Source: Dictyostelium discoideum (taxonomy: Eukaryota). From it: 64,000 bases of DNA. Location of the stretch: the NCBI GenBank assembly GCA_000004695.1, contig CM000151.3:5088001-5152000 (forward strand). Reading direction: 5' to 3'. The notes under the pieces are model-generated. The model ran no database searches. It was given only the letters and a program-made list of their open reading frames with translations, and had not been told where the DNA came from. Positions 37,479 to 49,400 of this stretch are shown in pieces. Position 1 is the stretch's first letter. Every line of letters begins with the position of its first letter. Both the position numbers and the translations under genes were made by a program.

Positions 37479-38493
37479 TGAAACCAAAAAATTGAAAAAT
37501 AATTGAAAATACATTGTATTTGATGAAATAATAACAATCATAAAGATTGAAGATAATGAATGTGCATATTACTCTTAAAAACAATGGGTAACACACACTC
37601 TTGTGTGGTTTTTTTTTTTATTTATTTATTTTTTTAATTTTTTTTTTATTTAATTTTGTTTATTTTTTTTTTTTTCCATAATCTATTTTTTCTTTTTTTT
37701 TTTTGGTTTTTTTTTTTATTTTTTTTTTGTGACTTACCTTTTTATAATCAATTTTTGCCCTGATGTAAATTCTTAGTTATTTGCGAAAAAGTTTCTTTTT
37801 TTGGAGAATGTGGTTTTTTTTTTTTTTTTTTAAATATTGCAATCCTAAATGAAATAGTGATTTATTTATTTATTTTTCCCTTTTTATTGCTAAAAAAAAT
37901 TATAAAATACAAAACAATTAAAATAATGTATTAAAAAAAAAAAAAAATAAAAAAATAAAAAAATAAATGAAAAAAAAAAAAATAAAAAATAAAAAAAAAC
38001 AAAAAAAGAAACTTTATAAATAAACAAATTTGGGTGATGGAATTTATATAAACAGTTTCATTTGACGTCAATTATTGTTATTTTTGTTTGAGTATCTATT
38101 GTTTGTTTGTTTTTTTGTTGTTGTTGTTATTGTTATTGTTGTGCCCTTTTTATAAATTTAAAAGAAGAAAAAAAAAATAAAAAAAAGTTCTTCTTTTGAT
38201 TATCTATAAATTTTTATAATTATTGTTATTATTATTATTTATTTGGTACCACACATAAACATAAGGTTTTTTTTTGTTTTTTTTTGTTTTTTTTTTTGTG
38301 TGTTTGTGTGTTTGTGTGTGTGTTATCTGTCCTTAAAATAAAATAAAAACACAAAAAAAAAAATGAAAATTAAAAAAAAAATTAAAAAAAAAAAAATAAA
38401 ATAAAATTTTCATTTTTTTTTCTTCATTTCCCAAACAAAATGCCACTTTAATTTGAAAAATAGTTAAAAAGGTGCCAAAATTTAAAAAATCGA

Positions 38494-39807
38494 ATGTTAA
38501 AAACCAATATAAATAAAATAATTGTGGGAGAATCTTCAAGATTTTTACGCGCACAAAATTCTTCTCTTACTAATGGTTTTCTAAAAATCCAACACACCAC
38601 CACCACTAAAAGAAGTTTCTGTAATTTTACTACCACCCCACAAATAAATAACAACACAAATAATAATAATAATAATAATAGTAATAATAACAGTTTAAAT
38701 GACAATTTTATTAATAACAATATAAAAAATAATGAATATTTAAAATTAAAAAGAGTTGTTGTAACTGGGATGGGTATTGTATCTCCATTAGGTGTAGGAA
38801 TAAAATATAATTGGGATAAATTAATAAATGGTGAGAGTGGAATTAAAAGATTTGAAGGATTTGAAGATAGTAGAATTGATTGCCCATCAAAAGTTGTAGC
38901 AAGAGTACCAAAAGGTGAAGGTATAGGTGAGTTTAATTCAAATACTATGATACCATCACAAGTGAAATTGGCAAGCTCTGATTTCATAAAATATGCAATC
39001 GTTGCAACTGATGAAGCTATTAAAGATTCAAAACTAGATAAATTCATTGAATCAAATGAAAAACTTCAAGAAAGAATTGGAGTATGTATTGGTTCTGGTA
39101 CAGGTTCAATGGAAGAAATTATCTCAGCAAATGAAAAGATTTCAAATAAATTAAATAACAATAACAATAACAGTGATAGTGGTAGTGGTAGTGGTAGTGG
39201 TGGTGGTGGTGGTAAAGTTTCAGCATATTTTATACCAAAAATTTTAATTAATGAAGCATCTGGTATAATTAGTATTTTACATAAAGCGAAAGGACCTAAT
39301 ATGTCAATTGTTAGTGCATGTGCAACTGGGTCTCATTGTATTGGCGAATCATTTAGAAAGATAAAATATGGTGAAGTGGACGCAATGATATGTGGTGGTA
39401 CTGAAGCGAGTATAAATTCAGTTTCAATGATTGGTTTCTCACGTATGAAAGCATTATCAACCAAATATAATAATCATATTAATCCATCATCAAGTAGTAG
39501 ACCATTCGATGAAGGTAGGGATGGATTTGTAATGGGTGAAGGCTCTGGAATATTAATATTGGAAGAGTATGAACATGCTTTAAAAAGAGGTGCAAATATT
39601 TATTGTGAAATCACTGGTTATGGTTCAACTGGCGATGCCCATCATATTTCAGCTCCAAATTCTGATGGAAACGGTCCGTTAAGGTCAATGAATTTAGCAT
39701 TACTAGAATCTGGTTTACCAAATTCCTCTCATATCGATTATATAAATGCTCATGCAACTTCAACGCCATTAGGTGATGGTATTGAATGTACTGCTGTTAA
39801 AAACTTT

Positions 39808-39858
<51 letters not shown>

Positions 39859-40119
39859 GAAATTATAATGAGCTCAAATAAAGGTTCAATTGGTCATTTG
39901 TTGGGTGCTGCTGGAAGTGTTGAATCAATATTTTCAATTTTATCATTATATAATAATATTATACCACCAACTTTAAATTTAGAAAATCCATCAAAAGATT
40001 GTCAGGGTATAAATTTAGTACAATTTAAATCTCAATCAAAACCAATTAGAAATGTTTTAAAAAATTCATTTGGATTTGGTGGAACAAATTGTTCTTTAAT
40101 TTTTTCAAAAATAAATTAA
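38494..40119 (+). CDS. mitochondrial-type 3-oxoacyl-[acyl-carrier-protein] synthase (KAS II / OXSM homolog)
   Basis: Single ORF of 541 aa. N-terminal presequence-like MLKTNINKIIVGESSRFLRAQNS. KS catalytic triad context SACATGSHCIG, HATSTPLGD, GHLLGAAG. Dictyostelium-style poly-Asn and poly-GSG insertions. Confidence 0.85.
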
Positions 40120-40178
40120 ATAAATTAAATTTTGGAAAAAGGAAAAAGGAAAAAAAAAACGAACAGGATATTTTTTTT

Positions 40179-40219
<41 letters not shown>

Positions 40220-40280
40220 AAAAAAACGAAATCAACGACCGAGTAATTTTTTTTTTTTTTTTTTAATTTTTTAATTTTTG

Positions 40281-40311
<31 letters not shown>

Positions 40312-40410
40312 ATTTCTCTTCTCTATCTCACTTTCCCAAAAAACTTAACCTTTTTAAATTATTTTATAAATATTTATTATAAAATAATAAAAAAAAGAAA
40401 AAAAAAAAGA

Positions 40411-42120
40411 ATGATTTCATCAATTCAATGGGTACCAAGAGGTGCATCAAATCCATTCCCAAAGAAATTTGACCCAAATGGTGAAGATATGGAAGAATTA
40501 AATGAAGAAGAAATTAAAGCAATGCAAGAAGAGGAAGAAGAAGATAGAATAATTGAAAAGAAATTTGAAAAGGGTGTACCAAGTGTTATGAATGACAAAG
40601 AAAAAGATTTTTATAAGAGATATAATTTTGATGATTATGATAGTGATGAAGGTGAACAAGATGAAGAGGAAAGAGATGAAAATGATCATAGTCGTAAAAC
40701 AGAAGAAGTTGGATTAAAATTCATTAATAGAGCAATGAAGGGTTTAATGTTTTATAAAGATACAGATTCAGATCCATACTTAACCAATAAGGAAGAAGAG
40801 GATATTGAAGATATAGAGGATGTTATTATTAGACCAACCGATTCAATATTGGTATCAGCAATTGTCACTGGTGAAGATGATTATTCGCATTTAGATATTA
40901 TGGTCTATGAAGAGGAATGCGATAATCTATACGTTCATCATGATATTATCCTCTCATCATATCCATTGGCATTGGCATGGATGGATCAAAACCCAATAAA
41001 TCCACAAGAGAAAGGTTCGTTCATGGCCGTTGGTACTTTCGAGCCATCCATCGAAATTTGGGATTTGGATGTTGTAGATAATTTAATTCCAACCGTTATA
41101 TTGGGTGGTAAAGAAGAGGATAGCGCCGATCCAATGAAAAAGCCATCCGCTAAAAAACGTGGTGGTAAACATAATAAATTCAAGGAAGGTAGTCATAGAG
41201 ATGGTGTTATGTCTCTCTCTTGGAATAGTCATCAACGTAATGTTTTAGCAAGTGGTAGCAGTGATAATACCGTCAAGGTTTGGGATATCACAACTCAACA
41301 ATGTCTCAACACCTTTACTCATCATAAGGATAAAGTATCTTGTTTACATTGGAATTCTCATGAGAAAACTGCACTTTTAATTGGTTCTCATGATAAACAT
41401 GTTAGTATTCTCGATGTTCGTGCACCAGATTCCGCATATAAATGGTCCGTAAAAGGTGAGGTTGAATCTTTATCTTGGAATCCACATAATCCAAAAGAGT
41501 TCATCGTTGGTACTGATGATGGTAGATTACTTTGTTATGATGCTACACTTGGTACTGCCGCTGCTCCAGTTTGGTCTGTTCAAGCCTCTCAAAAAGGTAG
41601 CGTCTCTTGTTTCTCCTATTGTCCTGGTCAAGTTGGTTTCTTTGCAACTGGTTCCTCTGATCATACTGTTAAACTTTGGAATTTAGAAACCTCCTCAAAT
41701 AAACCAACCCTCATTGAATCTAAAAATTTAGGTCAAGAAATTTTCACACTTTCATTCTTTGAAAATTCACCTTTCCTCTTAGCAGTTGGTTCTGAAACTC
41801 AAAGACCAAATGTAATTGACACTAAAAGATTTATCTCTGTACAAAATAGTTTTGGTATCGCTAGACCTGAAAATTCAAAAGAACCAGTTTTCATTACAAA
41901 TAATAAAAATAAAAATAATACTGAAGAAGAAGAAGAAGAAATTGAAGAAGATACTGATAGTGATCATAATGATGATGAAATTGAAGAAGAACAAGAAGAA
42001 GAAGAACAAGAAAAAGAAATTACACCTCCACCAAAACAAACTAAAAAATTAAATAATACAAAAAATAATAAAAAAGATGTTAAAAATAGAAAGAAAGTTG
42101 GTGATTCAGATGAAGAATAA
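40411..42120 (+). CDS. pwp1: periodic tryptophan protein 1 homolog (PWP1, WD40 ribosome-biogenesis factor)
   Basis: Single ORF of 569 aa. MISSIQWVPRGAS.. and ..LYVHHDIILSSYPLALAWMD..IEIWDLDVVDNLIP.. match PWP1 (FYVHHDILLSAYPL..IEVWDLDIVDSLEP). WD repeats. Acidic tails. Confidence 0.85.
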   Translation: MISSIQWVPRGASNPFPKKFDPNGEDMEELNEEEIKAMQEEEEEDRIIEKKFEKGVPSVMNDKEKDFYKRYNFDDYDSDEGEQDEEERDENDHSRKTEEVGLKFINRAMKGLMFYKDTDSDPYLTNKEEEDIEDIEDVIIRPTDSILVSAIVTGEDDYSHLDIMVYEEECDNLYVHHDIILSSYPLALAWMDQNPINPQEKGSFMAVGTFEPSIEIWDLDVVDNLIPTVILGGKEEDSADPMKKPSAKKRGGKHNKFKEGSHRDGVMSLSWNSHQRNVLASGSSDNTVKVWDITTQQCLNTFTHHKDKVSCLHWNSHEKTALLIGSHDKHVSILDVRAPDSAYKWSVKGEVESLSWNPHNPKEFIVGTDDGRLLCYDATLGTAAAPVWSVQASQKGSVSCFSYCPGQVGFFATGSSDHTVKLWNLETSSNKPTLIESKNLGQEIFTLSFFENSPFLLAVGSETQRPNVIDTKRFISVQNSFGIARPENSKEPVFITNNKNKNNTEEEEEEIEEDTDSDHNDDEIEEEQEEEEQEKEITPPPKQTKKLNNTKNNKKDVKNRKKVGDSDEE

Positions 42121-42211
42121 AATAAAATTAAATAATAAAATTAAATAAAAAAAAAAAAAGATTTTAAAAATATAATTAATTTTTTTTTTTTTTTCCAAGG
42201 ATAGGATCTTC

Positions 42212-42243
42212 AAAAGATACAAAGGGATTTCTTTGTATCTTTT
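42212..42243. other. perfect 13-bp inverted repeat (aaaagatacaaag - ggattt - ctttgtatctttt) about 90 nt downstream of the pwp1 stop codon; candidate 3'-UTR hairpin or protein-binding palindrome
   Basis: Direct inspection. Stem 42212-42224 pairs perfectly with 42231-42243. Mixed base composition, which is unusual in this A/T background. Confidence 0.5.
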
Positions 42244-42441
42244 CTAGATGTGTTTTAAAATGTATTTTATTTAAAGTTAAAATTTATATTATTTTTTTTT
42301 TCATATTATTAATTTTTTTTTTTTTTTAAACTTCTTATATATTGGAACTGGGAGGAGGTAATGGATTTATTGGTCACATCTTTGATTTTTAGTAGAAAGT
42401 TTTTTGATGGTGGCTATTATCGAGTTTTCCTATTCTTTATT

Positions 42442-42496
<55 letters not shown>

Positions 42497-42842
42497 AAGC
42501 AAATAAATAATTAAAAATAAATTATCTAAACACTATTAAATTATTCAATTTTTACCTTTTTCCTAAATTAAAATTTGAAAAAATACCATGGAACATTTAT
42601 TATCCTATATAAATAATAACCTTAAGTTTGTTTCGATTGTTTTATTGGTGTCAAAATTAATGATTTGTTTTTTTTGGTGTGTGATTTGAAAATGATTGGG
42701 TTTTTTTTTTTTAAAATTTAATTCACCCACAAAATTACTTGTAAAAGTAAAATTAAAATTAAACCTTTTTTTTTTATTCCCTGCGTCTTGGTAAATTTGG
42801 ATTTGTCATTGGGATATTACTGATTTTTTACACATAAAAAAA

Positions 42843-42880
<38 letters not shown>

Positions 42881-42986
42881 TTTATTTTTTTTTTTTTTTC
42901 ATTTTTTTTTTGATCGTTCGAATCAACTCTTGTTGTTTGTTTGAAAATCAAATCAATTTCCTTTAAAGATAGTTTTTTAAAGAAAA

Positions 42987-43046
42987 ATGGCACCACCAAC
43001 AAAAGAATTAACAAATAAAGAGATTACAGCAATCAAGGGTATTTCA
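42987..43046 (+). CDS. N-alpha-acetyltransferase 15 (NatA auxiliary subunit, TPR protein), exon 1 of 7
   Basis: MAPPTKELTNKEITAIKGIS. Donor GTAAGT at 43047. Confidence 0.7.
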
Positions 43047-43156
43047 GTAAGTTTTTAATTACTATTTTTTTTTTTTTTTTTATAAATATATCCTCATTTC
43101 TAATTTTTTCACTATCTACTATTTTATTATTATTTTTTTGTTTTTTCTTAAAATAG

Positions 43157-43498
43157 AAATTATTTGATGATAAGAAATACAGTAAAGGTTTAAAAGAGTG
43201 TAATGCAATTTTAAAGAATCATCCAGAAAATCCAGATGCATCATGTTTTAAGAGTTTGATTTTATACAATTTAGAACAACAATATGAAGCACGTGAAAAT
43301 GCAATCAAAACCACCAAAACCTTACCAACCAACTCAATGGCATGGCATACATTAGGTTACATTTATAAATTGGATAAGAACTATCTCGATGCAACTACAG
43401 CCTTTAAAAATGCTTCAAAATTCAATAAAGAAAGTTCACAAATCTTAAAAGAATTAGCACCACTTCAATTATATTCAAGAGATTTAGAAGGTTTAAAG
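43157..43498 (+). CDS. NAA15, exon 2 of 7
   Basis: Acceptor aaatag at 43155-43156. KLFDDKKYSKGLKECNAILKNHPEN..LQLYSRDLEGLK parallels NAA15 [45 protein letters not shown]. Donor GTAAGA at 43499. Confidence 0.8.
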
Positions 43499-43545
43499 GT
43501 AAGAATTTTTTGTTTTTTTTTTTTTTTTATTTTTAATTTTCTACT

Positions 43546-43634
<89 letters not shown>

Positions 43635-43676
43635 TTAATAATAATTAATAATTTTTTATTTTTTTAATTTTTTAAG

Positions 43677-44091
43677 GAAACGTATGCAACATTATTAAAA
43701 TTACAACCAACTCATAAACCACATTGGACAGGATTAGTGACTACATATCAATTAATGGGACAAACTAAATCAGCATTATCAGTATTTGAAAGATATTTAG
43801 ATACACTCGAAGAGAAAGATTTAGTTGGTGTTAAAAAGACTGAATCACTTCTCTACAGAGTTATGCTTAACTTTGAATTGGAAGAATATGATCAAGCTCT
43901 TGATATTTTAGTAAAGAATGAAAAAACAATAATAGATAAACTTTGGGCAATGTCAAAACATGGTGATATTCTCTTAAAGAAGGGTGAACTCTCTGCAGCT
44001 GAAGCTAAATTTAAAGATTTAATTAAATTAAATCAAGATGATTTAAATGTTCACAAAAAACTTTGGGAATCAAAAAATATTAGATCTTTAG
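43677..44091 (+). CDS. NAA15, exon 3 of 7
   Basis: Acceptor AG at 43675-43676. ETYATLLKLQPTHKPHWTGLVTTYQLMGQ... Donor GTAATT at 44092. Phase-1 end. Confidence 0.75.
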
Positions 44092-44178
44092 GTAATTTAT
44101 TATTTATATATATATAATAATTTTAATTATATTTATATAATTAACACATTTTAATTTATATAAATACTATATATATAG

Positions 44179-44636
44179 ATAATTTAAGTGATGAAGAAAT
44201 TTCAACATTAGATTCATTATATAAAGAATTAAGTTCATTATATCCAAAGAGTTTATTAATTCAAAAGATACCATTATTATTTTTAAAGGATAAACAACAA
44301 TTTAGAGAACATGCAGTATTATACACAAAGAATTTCCTTAGCAAAGGTATTCCATCATTATTCAACAATCTCAAATGTTTATACAATAATAAAGAGAAAG
44401 TTGAAATTTTATCTCAATTATTTTTAGATCAATTAAATTCACTCAAAGAGAAACAACAATTATTAGGTTCCGATGAAAAAGAATCACCATCAACTGTCTT
44501 ATGGTGTCTTTATTATTTAGCTCAACATTTCGATAGAATTAATGATTATTCAACTTCTTTATCTTATATTAATCAAGCAATTGAACATACTCCAACTTGT
44601 TTAGATTTATATGTTGTTAAAGCTAAATTATATAAA
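44179..44636 (+). CDS. NAA15, exon 4 of 7
   Basis: Acceptor atatag at 44177-44178. ..VLWCLYYLAQHFDRINDYSTSLSYINQAIEHTPTCLDLYVVKAKLYK matches NAA15 LLWVQYYLAQHYDK..TPTLIELFLVKAKIYK. Donor GTAAGT at 44637. Confidence 0.8.
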
Positions 44637-44727
44637 GTAAGTAATCAATTAATTAATAATCATTATAAACACAGTGTGGTGATATATTAATATAATTTTT
44701 TATATTTATTTATTTATTTATTTTTAG

Positions 44728-45009
44728 CATCAAGGTGATTTACAAAAAGCTTATGAAGAATATGATAGAGCTCGTAATTTAGATTTAGCAGATAGATATT
44801 TAAATACTAAATGTGCATTATATGCCCTTAGAAATAATGATCCAGATACAGCTGAAGCAATCTTTTCATTGATTAAGGATGAAACTCAAACACTTTTATT
44901 CAACATTCAAGAATTCCAATGTATTTGGTATGAAAGAGAATTGGGTAAAACTTATTTAAGAGCTGGTGATAATGCTAGAGCAATTAAATTATTCAATTTT
45001 GTTGATAAA
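44728..45009 (+). CDS. NAA15, exon 5 of 7
   Basis: Acceptor tttttag at 44726-44727. HQGDLQKAYEEYDRARNLDLADRYLNTKCALYALRNN.. matches NAA15 [37 protein letters not shown]. Donor GTATGT at 45010. Confidence 0.8.
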
Positions 45010-45112
45010 GTATGTACATTAATTAATCAATCAATTTTTTTTTTTTTTTTTTTTTTGTTTTTATTTTTATTTTTATACTAATTTTTTTTTTTTTTTTTTT
45101 TTATTATTTTAG

Positions 45113-45539
45113 AATCATCTTGAATACCTTGAAGATCAAATGGATTTCCATAATCATATTAATAAGAAATTAACAATGAGATCATATATTGAATTTTTAA
45201 GATGGGAAGATCAAGTTTATCAAAATAAACCATACATTGCCACTGGAAAAGCACATGTTAAAGCATACCTTAATCATCAAAATAAACCAGAAGTTATGGC
45301 ACCATTGAAAAAAGTACCAGCAATTAAGAAACCAGCACCAAAACCATCTCAATTGGAACCAAAGAAAGATCCAAACACTGGTCTCACCATTCCAGAGGAT
45401 GACGATTTGAATGGTAAAAAGTTCTTGGTTAAACAAGTTAATCTCATGGATTCAGCTCAACTCATTTTAGATAATCTCTTGAAAAATACAAATGATATTG
45501 AAATTTATTCATTAGCTTGCCAAGTTAATACACATCAAA
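45113..45539 (+). CDS. NAA15, exon 6 of 7
   Basis: Acceptor AG at 45111-45112. ..MRSYIEFLRWEDQVYQNKPYIATGKAHV.. Donor GTAAGT at 45540. Phase-1 end. Contains track ORF 45140..45571. Confidence 0.8.
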
Positions 45540-45644
45540 GTAAGTTTAAATTTTTAAAATATTTTTTTTAAATATTTTTATTTTTTTACATATATATATA
45601 AACTAACCTTTATTATTTTTTAACAATAAAAAAAAAAAATATAG

Positions 45645-46105
45645 AGAAATATTTATTAGTATTAAAATCATTGGTTAAAATTAAATCAATTAATGAAAAT
45701 AGTCCATGTTATTATGAAAATTTAGTTGATTTAATGATTAAAGTATCAGAAGATAAAGAGGTATCAGCAATTGTTAAAGCAGCAGTTGAAAAACAAGCAG
45801 GTTTTTCATCAGATGTTGAATCAATTTTAGCAAACAACCAAACTTATCTCGAAAAACTTGGTGACAATGTTACCGCTCAACATCGTTTCGTTGTTGGTAA
45901 AATCATTGCCAAACTTTCACCATCATCACTTGATAAAGCATCAGAATTGATTTTGAATGTTCAAGGTGAAACAAGTTGGAAACAATGCGCTGACAACCTT
46001 CAATCTCTTTCTCTTGTATCTTCCGAACTCACTTCTAAATACAGAGAAAAATTACACGAACATTTCCCAATTGCTAACTATTTCCAACCAAAAGTTGAAA
46101 ATTAA
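45645..46105 (+). CDS. NAA15, exon 7 of 7 (stop 46103-46105)
   Basis: Acceptor AG at 45643-45644 (a+ag=AAG). Contains track ORF 45671..46105. Confidence 0.75.
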
Positions 46106-46434
46106 TTCAAAATAAAAAAAATAATAATAATGAATAATAAATAATAATCAATTTAAAAATAAACTAATCAATAAATAAATTTAACAAAAAAAAAAAAAAA
46201 ACTTTTCTAAACACTTTTTTTTAATTATTTCTTTTATTTGTACATTATTATTATTTTTTTGTTTTGTAAATTTGGTTAAAGGTAATTTATTTTTTAATCA
46301 AATAATTGAGTTAAAGAATCCAAATGAGATTTTAATTTTTAAGTATTAATATTAAAAGATAATTTTTTTTTTTTTTTTTTTTTTAATTTTTAAAAGATGG
46401 AATAGTCAAGTATAGTTGGAGTTATTTGAACTAC

Positions 46435-49400
46435 TTATGTTTTTTTTGTTGCGGTTTGTTTTGAGGTGTTAGTTGGATTGGGAGTAGATGTTGAAGTTGA
46501 TTTTGAACTAATTCTCTGAATGATACTATTAATACTACTTGATGATAATTGTAAATGAGTGAATAAATTCTTTGTAAATTCTTTATCTATCCAATTCTTT
46601 AATTGTACTGTTAATAAAGAATCAATACCATAGTCTTTTAATCTTGTATCTAAATTTAATTTTGATGGATGAATTGATAATAATTCAGAGATTGTAGAAA
46701 TGACTTTTGCTTGAGTAGAACCAGAATCACCCAATGAATCATCAGAACTAGCAGATGAAGTTTTATAATTTGTTAGGTGGTGATCCATTTTTCTCTTCAT
46801 TTGAGGTGCAGAAGATAAAAGATTATCAATATTGAAACTTGAAAGCATAAAGTTTGATAAATGGGAATTAGATGGTTGGAAAACTGAATCAAGACAACCT
46901 AAAATCTTTGATAAAGAAACCAATAAAATACCTTGACCCTCTAAGAAACTTGCGACTGATTTATCAGTGGCGGCAACACCACCAGCATCCAAACCACCCC
47001 AATTAATTGAAGTTGAAGCAAGACCAATACTCTTTCTATAGTTTGATAATGAATCCAATACTAAATTAGCACTACTATATGCACATTGTTTTGAACCACC
47101 AATGATGGCACCAATTGATGAAAAGAGAATAAAGTTTTCTAATTTCCAATCTTTTTCAATTGAAAGATTATGTAAATTAATTGCACCGACTGCTTTTGGA
47201 TTATGAGTATTATCAATTACGGTTTGAGTGATATTTTCTGGTAAAATGTATTCATAAACTGTTGCAAAATGTAATACTGATTTAATTGGTGAAACATTTT
47301 TACAACTTGAATAAACTTGATCAATTGCAGTACGAGTTGAATTTAAATCTGCAATATTTACAGATTTATAATGGAATCTAAATCTATCACCATATTTATG
47401 TTTAGTTTGATTAATTAAATTTTCAAGTTCCCATTTTAATGATGATCTTGATAAAATTATGAAATCTGTTACTTGTTGTTGTGATTTATTTGAATTTAAA
47501 ACAGAACCAGAAATAATCCATTTTAAAATATGAACAGCAATACCAGTTTGACCAGTGATTAAAATTGTATTATTTAAAGTATCACAAGTATGTTCCAATT
47601 TTTTAACTTTATTCAATTGAATTGGATTTTCTTTCTCTTGTAAAGCTGGTTTAAGAATATCTTGTTCAAAGTTTTCAAAATCAACTACAATTTTACCAAT
47701 ATGAACACGTTCATTAATATATTCAATCGCAGTTTTAACTTGAATTGCTGGGAAAACTTTAACTGGAATATTTTCAAGACTACCATCAGAAATTGCATCA
47801 AATACTTCTGTGAGGATATCTCTAATAATTTTTGAATTATATTTCGTAGCTCTATCTAAATCTATTGTATTGTAGCCAACATGATACTTAAAGTTTGAAA
47901 AATCTAATGAATCATTTTCAACCAATTGAGTGACTGATAAATCCATAATTCTACCAACTTGGGAAAGTGAACGGAAATTTGAAGATAAATAATCACCAGA
48001 GAGTGTATTTAAAATTAAATCTACACCTCCTTGTGCTGATTGTTGTTTAATTTCATCGCAATATTCAGTATCTCTACTATTGTAAATTGCAGTTATTAAA
48101 TCACCATATTTCTCTTGTAAATAATCGATTTTTTCTTTGGAACCCACTGTAGCATAAATTGAAGCATCATTACTAATTTCAGAGTTGCCATGTTTTTTCA
48201 ATTGATTTCTCTTCCATTTTAAAAGATTTAAACTTGCTAAACCAACACCACCAGTTGCAGAATGAACTAGGATTGATTCTTTATCGGCAATAAAAGCACC
48301 AATATGGAAAATTGAATAATAACTTGTTGCATAAACTACACAAACGGCAGCAGCTTCATTGAATGAAATATTTTCAGGTTTTAATACAATTTTATTTTGA
48401 TGAGTTGTAACATGTGAACTTAAAGAATGGCTTGCAAAACCAACAACTTGATCACCAACTTTGAAACGAGTAACGCCACTTGGTGCAACACGTGTAATAT
48501 AACCAGCACATTCTAAACCGAATGGTGGAGAATAAATATCACCTTTTGAAAAGACTTCTTGTGGTAATAAACCTCTATAGAAAAGACTATCTTTATAATT
48601 GATACCAGTTGACATAACTTTAATTTCGACGCAACCATGCAGTAATTTCTCTTTGCTTTGGAATGAAAAATCTAAATTACTATTTGAATACAAGAATAAA
48701 TTATTTGTATTCTTTTCATAATTATTTGATGGTGATAACAATTTTGGCTCTTTGAAAATCTTTTGAACAAAAATTTTATTATTTCTAACAATAGTTTCTC
48801 TATCACCAATTGTAGATAGATCAACTAAACGTAAGAATAATGTAAGATTATCAATTGAATCTTTATCTACATCAATTGAAAAGATATTCAATGACCGAAA
48901 TTCTAAAAAGTATCTAAAAGTACCAATTAATGATGATCCTAAATAATTTTTACCACCATTTTGAGAATCGTAAGTTAATAAAGCAAATCTAGTTGAAAGA
49001 TTATTTCTTAAAAGTATTTGATTAACTAATGTATATTGCATTGTAACTTGTTTATAATTTTCAATTGTTAATTCTTCAAGTGAAACTAAAAAGAAAATAA
49101 TATCATTTTTACCAACACCTGATTCAATTGTCTTTGTTAATAATTCACTATCATCAGCTTCAATAATTGTTGCATTTTGACAGAAAAATTCAGTAATATC
49201 AAAATATTCTTGAATATATGAAGTTGGATTTTCTTTTTGTTCTTTTGAAACTATGAATATACAATTACTATATGATGAATTTAATGATTTTGGATCAGAT
49301 GAGAAAGTTAATGACATTGATTCAATATCTCTCTTTTCAGCTTGAACTATTAAAATTGATGGAGGAGGTGGTTGTTGTTGTTCTTCATCATCTTTAGTAT

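Noticed and set aside
42911-42925. gatcgttcgaatcaact resembling a tRNA T-loop (GTTCGAATC)
   Set aside because: The 60 nt upstream is pure poly-A/T with no D-arm or anticodon-arm potential. It lies in the 5' leader of NAA15.
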